Made by a program: the position numbers and the translations under genes
Notes under the pieces: model-generated
Database searches by the model: none
Told to the model about the DNA's origin: nothing
What the model saw: only the letters and a program-made list of their open reading frames with translations
Shown: positions 9,634 to 19,864 of the stretch, piece after piece
How the letters are laid out: each line of letters begins with the position of its first letter
Numbering within the stretch: position 1 is the stretch's first letter
DNA from: Flavobacteriales bacterium
GTDB taxonomy: Bacteria; Bacteroidota; Bacteroidia; Flavobacteriales_F; PHOS-HE28
Assembly (NCBI GenBank): GCA_044226515.1
Contig: JBGAGX010000001.1
Coordinates: 19,321-83,320 of the forward strand
DNA: 64,000 nucleotides
Reading direction: 5' to 3'

Positions 9634-11220
9634 ATGCAGCGCATCCCTCTTTCGTACCGCGCCACCGGGCGTTTCACGCCGCTGGTGTGCGACCTGTTGG
9701 ACGGTGCGCCGGCCCTCGCGGAGCACCAGCTGTTCCGCGCTGACCTGGCCGGGATGAAGGCCGCCGCCGGCCAGCGCCGCTTCGACCCCGCCTCCCGCCT
9801 CACCCTGAGCGCGGTGCTGCGCCGCCAGTACGAGGGTATGCGCGTGCACGAGGCGGTGGCCGCCAACCTGGACGCCCTGCGGCGCGACGACGCCCTCACC
9901 GTCACCACCGGCCATCAGCTCTGCCTCTTCACCGGGCCGCTGTACGTGCCCTTCAAGCTGCTCAATGCCGTGCGCCTGGCGCGTACCCTTGCGCACGAGC
10001 TGGGCCGCCCTGTGGTGCCGGTGTTCTGGATGGCCACCGAGGACCACGACCGCGCCGAGATCGACCACGCCTGGCTGGGCACGCACAAGGTGCAATGGCC
10101 GGGGACCGTCGGCGGACCGGTGGGGCGCATGCCGCTGGAGGGCATCGGGCCGGTGCTTGATGCCGTGGCGCAGCACCTGGGCCCCGGTGCGGAGGCCATG
10201 CGGCTGATGGACCTGCTCCGCACCTGCTACCGTCCTGAACGCACGCTCGCCGAGGCCACGCGCCACTTCGTGGATGCGCTCTTCGGTCGCTTCGGCCTGG
10301 TGGTGATCGACGCCGACGACCCCGCCCTGAAGCGCGCCTTCGTACCGGTGATGCAGGAGGAGCTGCTGAACCGGGTGACACAACGCACCGTGGTTTACGC
10401 GAACGAGCGCCTCCAACAGCATTACGGGGTGCAGGCGCACGCGCGCGACATCAACCTCTTCCACCTGCGGCCGGGCCACCGCGCCCGCATCGTGGAGGAG
10501 GAGGGCCGCTATCGCGCACTTGACGGTGGCCCCATCTGGACCGTGGACGAGCTGCTCGCCGGGGTGGAGCTGCGCCCGCAGGACTTCAGCCCCAATGTGC
10601 TGTTGCGGCCGGTGTACCAGGAGACCATCCTGCCCAACATCGCCTACATCGGCGGCGGCGGTGAGCTGGCCTACTGGATGCAGCTGCGCTGGCTCTTCCA
10701 GGGCCTGCAGGTGCCCATGCCGGCGGTGGTGCTGCGCACGAGCGCGGCCTTCGTGCCGTCGAAGCTCTTGCGCCTGTGGGAGGCCGAGGGCCTTTCCACC
10801 GTGGACCTCTTCGCCCCGTTGGAACCGTTGCAAGCACGCTTGGCGATCTCCGGCGCCACCTTCGACACCGGGGTCGACGCCGAGCGGGCCGCCCTGAACG
10901 CCATCTACGATGCGTTGCTGGCGCGCGCCGTGGCCGCGGATGCCACCTTGAAAGGGGCCGTGGAGGCGCGTCGCACAAGGGCCCTGCAGGGGCTCGACCA
11001 CCTGGCCCACCGCCTGGTGCGCGCCGCGAAGCGCCAGCAGCGCACCACGCTCGACCGCATGGCGCGCGTGCACGAGGCGCTCTTTCCGGGCGGTGGCCTG
11101 CAGGAGCGGCACGACAACATGCTGCCGTTGCTGGCCGCCAGGGGCGAGGGCTTGCTCGATGAACTGCTGGAGCACCTGGACCCGCTGGACCCGCGCTTCA
11201 GCCTGCTGGTGGAGGACTGA
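9634..11220 (+). CDS. bshC: bacillithiol biosynthesis cysteine-adding enzyme BshC
   Basis: Met30 of ORF 9547..11220 begins MQRIPLSYRATGRFTPLVCDLLDG…, followed by HQLCLFTGPLYVPFKLLNAVRLA. Length is about 528 aa, typical of BshC. Confidence 0.8.
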   Translation: MQRIPLSYRATGRFTPLVCDLLDGAPALAEHQLFRADLAGMKAAAGQRRFDPASRLTLSAVLRRQYEGMRVHEAVAANLDALRRDDALTVTTGHQLCLFTGPLYVPFKLLNAVRLARTLAHELGRPVVPVFWMATEDHDRAEIDHAWLGTHKVQWPGTVGGPVGRMPLEGIGPVLDAVAQHLGPGAEAMRLMDLLRTCYRPERTLAEATRHFVDALFGRFGLVVIDADDPALKRAFVPVMQEELLNRVTQRTVVYANERLQQHYGVQAHARDINLFHLRPGHRARIVEEEGRYRALDGGPIWTVDELLAGVELRPQDFSPNVLLRPVYQETILPNIAYIGGGGELAYWMQLRWLFQGLQVPMPAVVLRTSAAFVPSKLLRLWEAEGLSTVDLFAPLEPLQARLAISGATFDTGVDAERAALNAIYDALLARAVAADATLKGAVEARRTRALQGLDHLAHRLVRAAKRQQRTTLDRMARVHEALFPGGGLQERHDNMLPLLAARGEGLLDELLEHLDPLDPRFSLLVED

Positions 11221-11224
11221 CCGG

Positions 11225-13786
11225 TCAGTGCACGAACTGCACGCTCTGAACGCGCTCACCGTCGCGCAGCCGTAGCACGTAGGTGCCCGCCGCGAGGCCG
11301 TCCAGGGGCAGGTCCAGCCGGCCCTGTTGCACGATGGTGCCGCCGGTGATCAGGCGGCCCATGAGGTCCAGTACGTCGAACGAGGCACCCGCACGCGCAT
11401 CGTGCACCACGGTGAGCCCATCGGTGCCGTACAGCACCACCGGTGCGCCATGCCAGCCCTCGAAGGTCACCGCCACCACGGGGCTCACGGTGCTCTCCCC
11501 GTTGGAATCGGTCTGCCGCAGGCGGTAGTAGCTCACACCGGGCAGCGGTGCGCGGTCGAGGTCATCGTAGGTGATCACGGAGCTGCTGTTCCCGGCCCCG
11601 GGTCGCTGGAGCACGTTCTCGAACACGAGCCCGTCAGCGCTGCGCTCCACGGTGAAGTGGGCGTTGTCGCGCTCGCTCGCCGTGGCCCATTCCAGCTTCA
11701 CCTGGGCGCCCTCGGGTCGGGCCACGAAGTACATGAGCTCGATGGGCAGCGGGTTCTCGGCGCTCACGCTCGCCAGGGTCCAGGGGCTGAAGTTGGGTTG
11801 CGCCCCGGTGGTGGTGACCGTGCCGCTCAGCAGGTTGCCGGTGGTGCCGCCGTTGCCCTGGTCCTCCCACAGGCTGCCGTTCCAGCGGGCCACGCGGAGG
11901 TCGGGAAGCAGGGTCACCCCGCAGCTGGTGGCGGCGTCCCAGCTCAGGGTCACGAACGCGCTGGTGCTGCCGAAGGTGCGGTCGATCTGCCAGTACTCGC
12001 ATTCGCTGATATGGTCCAGCGTGGGGGCGAGGGTGGGCCCGAAGAGCACCGCGGGGGTGTTCGGCGCCGTGGCGGGGAAGTACTCCGCCCGGAACGCGTC
12101 GTTGCCTAGACCGGCCACCGGTGTGAGCGAGGCAGGGCGGTAATTGCTGTTCTTGCCGATGGGGAAGGTGAAGGCGGCGCTGCCCTCCTTCATCACCGGG
12201 CCGCTCACGAAGCTGCTGTTGCTCGCGTTGGTGCTGGTGCCCAGCAGGCCGACGGTGAGCAGGTTGGTGGTGGTGCTGAACACGCGGCCCTGCAGCAGGT
12301 CGAGGTTCACGTTCACGGTGATGGGCGCGCTGAGCGTGAGGTCGCCGGCCGACTTGTTCACGCGCAAGGTGCCGAAGAACTCCTCGAAGCCGGTGGTGAT
12401 GATGCTCTGCGGCCCCGATCCGTTGAAGGTGACCACGCTGTTGAGCTCGTAGAACGGGGTGGACGTGGCAAGGGCGTCCATGCTGCGGAAGTTGCCCGTG
12501 AGGTTCATGGTCCCGTTGATCAGGTGCAGCATGCCGCCCGAGCTGATGAGCACGTCGCCGTTGATCTGCACCTGGTTGGCGGCGGAATTGCTGCGGAAAT
12601 AGGCGTTCTGGGCCGCGCCGGCACTGCCCACCATGGTAAGGGCCCCGGCGGTGAAGCTGCCGTTGGTGACCAGGATGCCCATCGGAGTGGCATTGATGGT
12701 GCGCACCACCGAAGCCCCCCCGCTCACCACCAGCTGGCGGCCGTTGTCGATGGTGAGGATCGGCTGTGCCGCGTTATTGGACGAGACCGAGAGCGTGGCG
12801 CACTGGGCCGTTAGCGGTGTGGTTCCGTTGATCCCCACCACGCAGTCCTGGAGCTTCGTCTGGTTGATGATGACGTTGCTCGCAGCGTTCGGCACCTCCG
12901 CGTCGTCCCAGTTCCGGCAATCGAACCAATCCTGCGTCTTCGCCCCGGTCCACAACCCGTTCTGGAAGGTGGAGCCGGTGATCGGGAAGGTGAAGCCACC
13001 GGCATAGTTCGGCGACCCGCTGTTGTAGGCGGTACAATTGGCGTAGGTGCTCCAGTTCGCACTGTTGTCGATGTCGATGATCCACTGTCGCTGGGTGCGC
13101 GTGAGGAAGCCGCCGCCGGCCGCCAGGTCCGTGAACTTCACGAAGTCCGTGGCCGCGGTGGGGTTCATGCTGAAGCAAAGGCTGCCCGGCGGGAGGCCGC
13201 TGTCCTGGGTGGTGTTCACGAAGGAGCTCCAGACGTTCTTGGTGTTGAAAGCGTACAGGATCGTACAATTCGTGAAGAAACCGTCGTTGGTGGCCGCGGT
13301 GCCGGCGGAATAGGTACCGCCCACTCCGGGCTGCAGGAAGAAGATCTGGTCCCCGCCCGAGTTCATGTTCAGCGTACTGCCGCCGTTCAGCGACACCACG
13401 CTCCATGTACTGGTGGCCGGGGTCACCATGGCCGGCAGCCCGGCTGAAGGGCATCGGAAGGTGATCACCGTACCGGCGGTGATGGGGCCGGCCGTGAGCT
13501 GGAAGCGCACCACGCCCTCGTTGTCGCCCCACAGCCCGGCGTTCTGCCGCTCGTACCCGTTATCGGTCACGATGATCACCGTGTTCACGGTGATGTTCTT
13601 GAAGCAGATGAAGCTGATCTCGTCCTGGGCGCTCACGCCGGAGCAGCCCCCGTTGTTGGCGTTGATGCCCACGATCGCGAGGTCGCCTGGGGTGATGGTC
13701 GTCTGTCCCAGTGCCAGGCCGGAGAGCGAAAGCGCACCGATGAGCGTCGGCAGGGTCCGTTGGAAGGCGGAGCGAAGCGCGTTCAT
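11225..13786 (-). CDS. T9SS-secreted cell-surface protein (signal peptide, T9SS type-A CTD)
   Basis: Signal peptide MNALRSAFQRTLPTLIGALSLSGLALGQ. Thr/Gly/Asn-rich beta-type composition. C-terminus GTYVLRLRDGERVQSVQFVH is a T9SS sorting domain. Confidence 0.75.
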   Translation of the reverse strand: MNALRSAFQRTLPTLIGALSLSGLALGQTTITPGDLAIVGINANNGGCSGVSAQDEISFICFKNITVNTVIIVTDNGYERQNAGLWGDNEGVVRFQLTAGPITAGTVITFRCPSAGLPAMVTPATSTWSVVSLNGGSTLNMNSGGDQIFFLQPGVGGTYSAGTAATNDGFFTNCTILYAFNTKNVWSSFVNTTQDSGLPPGSLCFSMNPTAATDFVKFTDLAAGGGFLTRTQRQWIIDIDNSANWSTYANCTAYNSGSPNYAGGFTFPITGSTFQNGLWTGAKTQDWFDCRNWDDAEVPNAASNVIINQTKLQDCVVGINGTTPLTAQCATLSVSSNNAAQPILTIDNGRQLVVSGGASVVRTINATPMGILVTNGSFTAGALTMVGSAGAAQNAYFRSNSAANQVQINGDVLISSGGMLHLINGTMNLTGNFRSMDALATSTPFYELNSVVTFNGSGPQSIITTGFEEFFGTLRVNKSAGDLTLSAPITVNVNLDLLQGRVFSTTTNLLTVGLLGTSTNASNSSFVSGPVMKEGSAAFTFPIGKNSNYRPASLTPVAGLGNDAFRAEYFPATAPNTPAVLFGPTLAPTLDHISECEYWQIDRTFGSTSAFVTLSWDAATSCGVTLLPDLRVARWNGSLWEDQGNGGTTGNLLSGTVTTTGAQPNFSPWTLASVSAENPLPIELMYFVARPEGAQVKLEWATASERDNAHFTVERSADGLVFENVLQRPGAGNSSSVITYDDLDRAPLPGVSYYRLRQTDSNGESTVSPVVAVTFEGWHGAPVVLYGTDGLTVVHDARAGASFDVLDLMGRLITGGTIVQQGRLDLPLDGLAAGTYVLRLRDGERVQSVQFVH

Positions 13787-13919
13787 ACAGGCTGGAGAGC
13801 TGGCGCAAAGATCGTAAGATCAGGCGGTTATCCGTTGATCCAGCGTTAATTCCATGCGTCATCTTTTCAAGGTCTGTGGATAACCCCCGGTAACGGCGGG
13901 ACCGATCGGGGGAGGGGGC

Positions 13920-13927
13920 TACTTTTG
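13920..13927 (+). promoter_or_regulatory. putative -7 promoter element TACTTTTG (Bacteroidetes sigma-A consensus TAnnTTTG) for guaA
   Basis: Exact match to TAnnTTTG about 44 nt upstream of the guaA start. No clear -33 TTG was seen. Confidence 0.3.
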
Positions 13928-13971
13928 CCGCCCGCCCCGGCGCCCAACGCGCCGGTCCGCCACCCTTTCCC

Positions 13972-15507
13972 GTGAGCGACCGCATCCTCATCCTCGACCA
14001 TGGCAGCCAGTACACCCAGCTCATCGCCCGTCGGGTGCGCGAGCTGAACGTGTACTGCGAGATCCACCCCTTCAGCAAGGCGCAGCAGTTCCGCGACGAC
14101 CCCGCCATCAAGGGGGTCATCCTCAGCGGCAGCCCCTTCAGCGTGCACGAGCCCAACGCCCCCGACACCGACATCAGCGGGTTCCAGGGACGGGTGCCGG
14201 TGCTCGCCGTATGCTACGGCGCCCAACTGCTGGCCAAGCGGGCCGGGGCCGCCGTGGAGCGCAGCAAGGTGCGCGAGTACGGCCGGGCCTTCCTGGACAA
14301 CATCCACATCCGCGAGCCCCTCTTCGCCGGCATCCATCCGGGTACCCAGGTTTGGATGAGCCACGGCGACAGCATCACCACCCACGCCGGCGACATGGAG
14401 GTGGTGGCCAGCACGCACGCGGTGCCCGTTGCCGCCTACCAGCTCAAAGGCCAGCCCACCTACGCGGTGCAGTTCCACCCCGAGGTTTACCACACCACCG
14501 AGGGCCTGCAGCTGCTGCGCAACTTCGTGATCGGCATCTGCGGCTGCGCCGGCGACTGGACCCCCCACAGCTTCGTGGAGGCCAGCGTGGACAGCCTGAA
14601 GCGCCAGCTCGGCAACGACCAGGTGGTGATGGCCCTGAGCGGCGGTGTTGACAGTTCCGTCGCGGCCATGCTGCTGCAACGCGCCATCGGCGACCGCCTC
14701 CACTGCATCTTCGTGGACAACGGCCTGCTGCGCAAGGACGAGTACGCCAGCGTGCTGGAGAGCTACCGCCACATGGGGCTGAACATCACGGGCGTTGATG
14801 CGAAGGACCGCTTCTACGGCGCCCTGAAGGGGCTCACCGATCCCGAGGCCAAGCGCAAGGCCATCGGCCGCACTTTCATCGAGGTGTTCGACGTGGAGGC
14901 GCACCGCATCCAGGACGTGAAGTGGCTGGGGCAGGGCACCATCTACCCCGACGTGATCGAGAGCGTGAGCGTGAACGGCCCCAGCGTCACCATCAAGAGC
15001 CACCACAACGTGGGCGGCCTGCCCGAACGCATGAAGATGCAGGTTGTGGAGCCCTTGCGTCTGCTGTTCAAGGACGAGGTGCGCCGGGTGGGGAAGGAGC
15101 TCGGTCTCGACCCCGCCATCCTGGGCCGCCACCCCTTCCCCGGTCCCGGGCTGGGCATCCGGATCCTCGGCGACATCACGCCGGAGAAGGTGGCCCTGCT
15201 GCAGGAGGTGGACCACATCTGGGTGAACGGCCTGCGGGAGGCGGGTCTGTACGATCAGGTGTGGCAGGCCGGCGCGATCCTGCTCCCCGTGCAGAGCGTG
15301 GGCGTGATGGGCGATGAGCGCACCTACGAGAACGCCGTGGCCCTGCGCGCCGTCACGAGCACCGACGGCATGACCGCCGACTGGTGCCACCTGCCTTACG
15401 AGTTCCTGGCACGCGTTTCGAACGACATCATCAACCGGGTGAAGGGCGTGAACCGCGTGGTGTACGACATCAGCAGCAAGCCGCCCGCCACCATCGAATG
15501 GGAATGA
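13972..15507 (+). CDS. guaA: GMP synthase (glutamine-hydrolysing)
   Basis: [34 protein letters not shown]… begins a class-I glutamine amidotransferase domain, followed by an ATP-pyrophosphatase domain ([10 protein letters not shown]) and a C-terminus …PATIEWE. Apparent GTG start. Confidence 0.95.
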   Translation: MSDRILILDHGSQYTQLIARRVRELNVYCEIHPFSKAQQFRDDPAIKGVILSGSPFSVHEPNAPDTDISGFQGRVPVLAVCYGAQLLAKRAGAAVERSKVREYGRAFLDNIHIREPLFAGIHPGTQVWMSHGDSITTHAGDMEVVASTHAVPVAAYQLKGQPTYAVQFHPEVYHTTEGLQLLRNFVIGICGCAGDWTPHSFVEASVDSLKRQLGNDQVVMALSGGVDSSVAAMLLQRAIGDRLHCIFVDNGLLRKDEYASVLESYRHMGLNITGVDAKDRFYGALKGLTDPEAKRKAIGRTFIEVFDVEAHRIQDVKWLGQGTIYPDVIESVSVNGPSVTIKSHHNVGGLPERMKMQVVEPLRLLFKDEVRRVGKELGLDPAILGRHPFPGPGLGIRILGDITPEKVALLQEVDHIWVNGLREAGLYDQVWQAGAILLPVQSVGVMGDERTYENAVALRAVTSTDGMTADWCHLPYEFLARVSNDIINRVKGVNRVVYDISSKPPATIEWE

Positions 15508-17258
15508 TCCGCCGCTGCCTGCTCCTGCCCCTGCTCCTGGTCCTGGCGCTATCGGCGTTGGGCCAGGAGGTGCGCGTGGTCGACGGCCGCAGGTACGTGG
15601 TGCACACCGTGCAGGCAGGGCAGACGCTCTATGGCATCAGCCGGCACTATGCGGTGCCCATCGAGGCCATCACCAAGGCCAATCCGGCCGCGTCGCAGGG
15701 GCTCAGCCTCGGGCAGGTGCTGCTGATCCCGCAGGATGCCGTGGAGAAGAAGGAGCTGAAGGGCGCGCCACAGTTCAGGAAGACCGGCGAGCTGGTGCAC
15801 ACCGTGGCGAAGAAGGAGACCCTCTACGGCATCGCCAGGAAGTACGGGGTGGAACAGTCGGACCTGCTGACGCGCAACCCGCAGCTCGCCGACGGCCTGA
15901 AGGTGGGCATGGAGCTGGTGATCCCGCCGGCCACGGCCAAGGATGTACCACGGACAGCAGCGGAACCGGCGTTCGACGACAAGAGCATCTCGCACCTGGT
16001 GATGCCCGGGGAGACGCTCTTCGGGCTGGCGCAGCAGTACAAGGTGGGGGTGGCCGAGATCGAGGCCGCGAACGGTGGACTGGCCCAGGGGTTGAAGGTG
16101 GGTACCTACGTGCGCATCCCGGCCCCGGTGCTGGTGGCCGCACCCACCGTGGCTCCTTCCGAGAAGAAGGCCCACTACGAGATCGCTTTCCTGCTGCCCT
16201 TCGCCACCGCGGCCAACGACAGCGCGCTCGCGCACGACCCCGAGCGCAAGGCCTACCTCGAGGCCACCGATGCCGCCGTGCAGTTCTACGCCGGTGCGCG
16301 CATGGCCCTCGATTCGCTCCAGGGCATGGGCCTCAACGCCGATGTGCGGGTGAAGGACGTGGGCACCGATGCCGGCACCTGGGGCAAGGTGCTGAAGGCC
16401 GAGGACCTGCGCGGGCTCGACCTCTACATCGGTCCCTTCCAGCGCGGGGCCATCGAGCAACTGGTGAAGGTGAGCGGCGACGCGCACATCGTGTGTCCGG
16501 TGCCCCAGAGCAACAAGGTGTTGCTGGGCAACCCCAACGTGAGCAAGGTGGTGGGTGGTCGCCCGGACCAGGTGCAGGCCCTCGCCCGGCATGCGGTGGC
16601 GAACCATGCGAAGGACAACCTCATCCTCGCGCGTCCCGACATCCCGGCGGAGAAGGAGCTGCAGGACCACCTGCTGCGCGCGGTGCAGGAGGCCCTCGCC
16701 CAGCGCACGGACAAGGCGCGTGATAGCGTGCTGGTGGCGCGCACCGGCAAGCGCGATGTGAACGCCGTGGTGGGCCTGCTGCGCAGCGGTACCAACGTGG
16801 TGCTGGTGCCCAGTGAGGACGTGGAGTACGTCACGGCGCTCCTCTCCAAGCTCGCCGGCCTCGCCAAGGAGAAGGAGATCATCGTGTACGGCCTGTCCTC
16901 ATGGCAGGACATGGAGAACGTATCGCCCGCCGACATGGACAAGGTTCACCTCCGCGTGCCGGCCAGCAGCTACATCGATCGCTCGGACCCGCGCGTGCAG
17001 GCCTTCATCCGCGCGTACCGGGCGCGCTACAACGATGAGCCGCGGGAGTACGCCTTCCTCGGCTTCGACGTCTCCTTCTACTTCCTCACCGCGCTCCACG
17101 AGCACGGGCGCGGGATCGCGGCCCATTTCAACGAGGTCGTTGCGCGCCCGTTGCACATGGGCTTCAGCATGGTCCGCACCGGTCCGGAGAACGGCTACCG
17201 CAATGAGCACGCGCTCATCCTGGAGCACCGCGAGCTGGGGCTTCACCGCCTGCCATGA
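15504..17258 (+). CDS. secreted protein with three N-terminal LysM domains fused to a type-1 periplasmic binding protein (Leu/Ile/Val-binding-like) domain
   Basis: Start [21 protein letters not shown] makes an ATGA overlap with the guaA stop. Three LysM repeats are present ([16 protein letters not shown]…, [16 protein letters not shown]…, [16 protein letters not shown]…). The C-terminal half resembles Peripla_BP_6. Confidence 0.8.
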   Translation: MIRRCLLLPLLLVLALSALGQEVRVVDGRRYVVHTVQAGQTLYGISRHYAVPIEAITKANPAASQGLSLGQVLLIPQDAVEKKELKGAPQFRKTGELVHTVAKKETLYGIARKYGVEQSDLLTRNPQLADGLKVGMELVIPPATAKDVPRTAAEPAFDDKSISHLVMPGETLFGLAQQYKVGVAEIEAANGGLAQGLKVGTYVRIPAPVLVAAPTVAPSEKKAHYEIAFLLPFATAANDSALAHDPERKAYLEATDAAVQFYAGARMALDSLQGMGLNADVRVKDVGTDAGTWGKVLKAEDLRGLDLYIGPFQRGAIEQLVKVSGDAHIVCPVPQSNKVLLGNPNVSKVVGGRPDQVQALARHAVANHAKDNLILARPDIPAEKELQDHLLRAVQEALAQRTDKARDSVLVARTGKRDVNAVVGLLRSGTNVVLVPSEDVEYVTALLSKLAGLAKEKEIIVYGLSSWQDMENVSPADMDKVHLRVPASSYIDRSDPRVQAFIRAYRARYNDEPREYAFLGFDVSFYFLTALHEHGRGIAAHFNEVVARPLHMGFSMVRTGPENGYRNEHALILEHRELGLHRLP

Positions 17259-18175
17259 TCGGAACGGACCCTGACCGCACGGAGATCGCGGCGGCCTTCC
17301 GCACCATCCAGCAGGAGATCTGCACGGCGCTGGAGGCGCTCGACGGACGCGGTCGCTTCGAGGAGGACGCCTGGCAGCGCGAGGGTGGGGGCGGTGGGCT
17401 CACGCGGGTGATCGCCGGCGGGGACCTCATCGAGAAGGGCGGCGTCAATTTCAGTGCGGTGCATGGCGGGCTCTCGCAGCAGGCGGCCCGTGCACTGCAG
17501 ATCGAGGGCTCCTCCTTCTATGCCACCGGTGTGAGCATCGTGCTGCACGCCGGCAACCCGTGGGTGCCCACCATCCACATGAACATCCGCTACTTCGAGG
17601 TGGACGGCGGGGTACGCTGGTTCGGCGGCGGCATCGACCTTACGCCCATGTACGTGGACGAGGCCGCGGCCGTGCGCTTCCACCAACGGCTGAAGGCCGT
17701 ATGCGACGCCTGGGACCCCGGCTATTACCCCGCCTACAAGCGCTGGGCGGACGACTACTTCTTCCTGCCGCACCGCAACGAGACACGGGGCATCGGGGGC
17801 ATCTTCTACGACCGCATCAAGCCCGCCGAGGGCAGGTCGATGGACGAGCTGTTCGGCTTCACCTGCGCGGTGGGCCGGGCGTTCGCGCCGCTGTACGCCG
17901 ACGTGGCGGAACCCATGCGTGGCCGCACCTTCACCGGGCGCGAGCGCGACTGGCAGCTTCTCCGACGTGGGCGCTACGTGGAGTTCAACCTGGCCTACGA
18001 CCGCGGCACGCGCTTCGGGCTGGAGACGGGAGGGCGCACGGAGAGCATCCTCATGAGCCTGCCCGCCGACGCCCGCTGGCGTTACGAGGCTGTGGTGGAG
18101 CCCGGTTCGCCTGAGGCGCGCACGCTCGCGCTGTTGCGCAAGGGCATCGATTGGGCCGAAGGGCCACCCGTCTAG
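17255..18175 (+). CDS. hemF: oxygen-dependent coproporphyrinogen III oxidase
   Basis: Motifs GVNFSAVHG, IDLTPMYV, RRGRYVEFNLAYDRGTRFGL and ILMSLPADARW. ATGA overlap with the preceding gene. Confidence 0.9.
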   Translation: MIGTDPDRTEIAAAFRTIQQEICTALEALDGRGRFEEDAWQREGGGGGLTRVIAGGDLIEKGGVNFSAVHGGLSQQAARALQIEGSSFYATGVSIVLHAGNPWVPTIHMNIRYFEVDGGVRWFGGGIDLTPMYVDEAAAVRFHQRLKAVCDAWDPGYYPAYKRWADDYFFLPHRNETRGIGGIFYDRIKPAEGRSMDELFGFTCAVGRAFAPLYADVAEPMRGRTFTGRERDWQLLRRGRYVEFNLAYDRGTRFGLETGGRTESILMSLPADARWRYEAVVEPGSPEARTLALLRKGIDWAEGPPV

Positions 18176-18636
18176 CGCACCGGTCGGTACACCACGTACT
18201 TCCCGCCCACGATGTGGCGCAGGTCGATCTCGCTGAAGCCCACCTTGCGGCCCGTGGCCTGCGTGTTCTGATGCCCCAGGCTGAAGACGCCGCGCTCCCG
18301 CACTTCCATGATCACGGCCGTGTGGTTGTCCATCCGGTCCACGCGCGTGGCGCCGTTCTCGTAATGCCGGAAGGTGGTGTTGGTGAAGTGGATGATGTCG
18401 CCCGGGTACACGCAGTCCTTCATGGGGTTGATGGCGGTGCCGTAGCCGTACGCGCCGTCCCATTCCGCACCGGCGGCATCGAGGGCCTCGGCCGCGAGGT
18501 CCCAGCATTCGCCGCGGCCCACGCGTTCACCCGCATGGGCGCGCACGAAGGCCGCCACGGCCTGGTTCACGGGGGGCGGCACGGTGTCGCACGGTCCTCC
18601 CATCAGGAGGAGTGCGGAGGCGAGCAGGGCGTTCAT
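18172..18636 (-). CDS. small secreted protein, possible papain-fold (CHAP/NlpC-P60-like) hydrolase
   Basis: Met109 of ORF 18172..18960 begins MNALLASALLLMGG, a signal peptide. GECWDLAAEAL resembles the Cys motif of CHAP/NlpC-P60 enzymes and a His lies downstream. The call is weak. Confidence 0.5.
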   Translation of the reverse strand: MNALLASALLLMGGPCDTVPPPVNQAVAAFVRAHAGERVGRGECWDLAAEALDAAGAEWDGAYGYGTAINPMKDCVYPGDIIHFTNTTFRHYENGATRVDRMDNHTAVIMEVRERGVFSLGHQNTQATGRKVGFSEIDLRHIVGGKYVVYRPVR

Positions 18637-18668
18637 GCAAGAGGAACGAAGATCGCACGCCGATCCGT

Positions 18669-19097
18669 TCACGCCGCCGGGGAAGGAGGCGATCCCTGGC
18701 GTGCCTCCTTGCGCCGTCGGAAATGATCGCGCACCCGGTCGAAGCTGTTGCCCACCTCGTCGGCCATGTGCTTCAGATGCTCGGGGTCGGCACGGCGCAG
18801 CAGGAAGGGCAGGGCGAAGCTGAGGCCCAGCCAGAGCAGACGACCGCCCCCGCTGCGGCTGCCGCGCGCCGCGGCGCTGGCCGCCACCGCACCGCCCGTG
18901 GAGAACAGGTCCTTCCACGTGCCGAGGTCGCGGGGGAAGAGGCTGCGCACCGTGCGCCACACCATGCGACGCCGCCGTTCCGGATCGCGGAAGGCACCGT
19001 ATTGCTGGTTCAAGCGCTGGGCGTGCATCCGCCGGCGTGCATCGAGCCGCTCGCGCTCGTGCTGGATATCCGCCAGGGTGGTGAAGGGCTCACGCAT
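18669..19097 (-). CDS. hypothetical protein, last gene of the YtxH/holin-like cluster
   Basis: ORF with an Arg-rich N-terminus and one hydrophobic segment (LLWLGLSFALPFLL). 8-nt overlap with the upstream gene. Confidence 0.5.
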   Translation of the reverse strand: MREPFTTLADIQHERERLDARRRMHAQRLNQQYGAFRDPERRRRMVWRTVRSLFPRDLGTWKDLFSTGGAVAASAAARGSRSGGGRLLWLGLSFALPFLLRRADPEHLKHMADEVGNSFDRVRDHFRRRKEARQGSPPSPAA

Positions 19098-19446
19098 GGC
19101 CGTGCACGGTGTTGACCACGGTGACGATGAAGCGCTCGCGCAGCCCGTTGCGCCACCACAGCCACAGCAGGATGGCCGCGGCCAGGTACACGCCGGCCAT
19201 CACCAGGAAGCCGTACGCGGCGCTGCCCAGCAAGCGGCCGATGCCGATGGCGCCGGCGATGGTGAGCAGCAGCACCACCATGGCCGCGAAGAGCACCATC
19301 AGCAGCCGGAAGAGCAGGCCCCCCCCGATGCGTGCGGCGCGTTCCGAGGCCACCAGCAGGTAGTAGTCCTTCTGGCTCTCGGCGTAGGCCTTGGCCTCCG
19401 TGGCGAGGTCCTCCAGCCAGGTGCCGATGTCGTCGCGGTCCTCCAT
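19090..19446 (-). CDS. Phage_holin_3_6 (holin-X-like) family membrane protein
   Basis: 118 aa with two transmembrane helices (LLFRLLMVLFAAMVVLLLTIAGAIGIG…FLVMAGVYLAAAILLWLWW). This is the typical partner of YtxH proteins. Confidence 0.6.
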   Translation of the reverse strand: MEDRDDIGTWLEDLATEAKAYAESQKDYYLLVASERAARIGGGLLFRLLMVLFAAMVVLLLTIAGAIGIGRLLGSAAYGFLVMAGVYLAAAILLWLWWRNGLRERFIVTVVNTVHGHA

Positions 19447-19449
19447 GGC

Positions 19450-19800
19450 TCAGGTGGTGTGCTTGCGGGCCTCGTCGGCCACGTCCTCAGCGGCCTTCTT
19501 CACCTCGCCGCTCATGCGGTCGGCGAGGTCCCGGCCTTCCTCGAACAGGAAGCGCACGAAGTCCTCCACCTCGTCGCGGGTCATGTTCGCGGCGTCGTGG
19601 GCCTTGCCCTTCATGTCGCTCCATTCGCGCCGGGCCTCGTCCATGGTGTCGCCGAAGCGGTCCTTCGCCTTTCGGCCCATGCCGGCGATCGACTCACGCG
19701 TCTCTTTTCCGCTGCGCGGGGCGAAAAGCACGCCCAGTGCCGCTCCGGCGGCCAACCCGGCCAGGAAGGCCAACATCCCATTGCCTCGTTGATGGTCCAT
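19450..19800 (-). CDS. YtxH domain-containing protein
   Basis: N-terminal GMLAFLAGLAAGAALGVLFAPRSGKETRE matches the YtxH signature (Gly-zipper helix followed by APKSGxExR). Confidence 0.7.
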   Translation of the reverse strand: MDHQRGNGMLAFLAGLAAGAALGVLFAPRSGKETRESIAGMGRKAKDRFGDTMDEARREWSDMKGKAHDAANMTRDEVEDFVRFLFEEGRDLADRMSGEVKKAAEDVADEARKHTT

Positions 19801-19864
19801 GTCGTTCGGTTCGATGCCCTGAAGGTAGGGTCGAACGGCGCGGACGCACCTGATGCCCGTCAGC

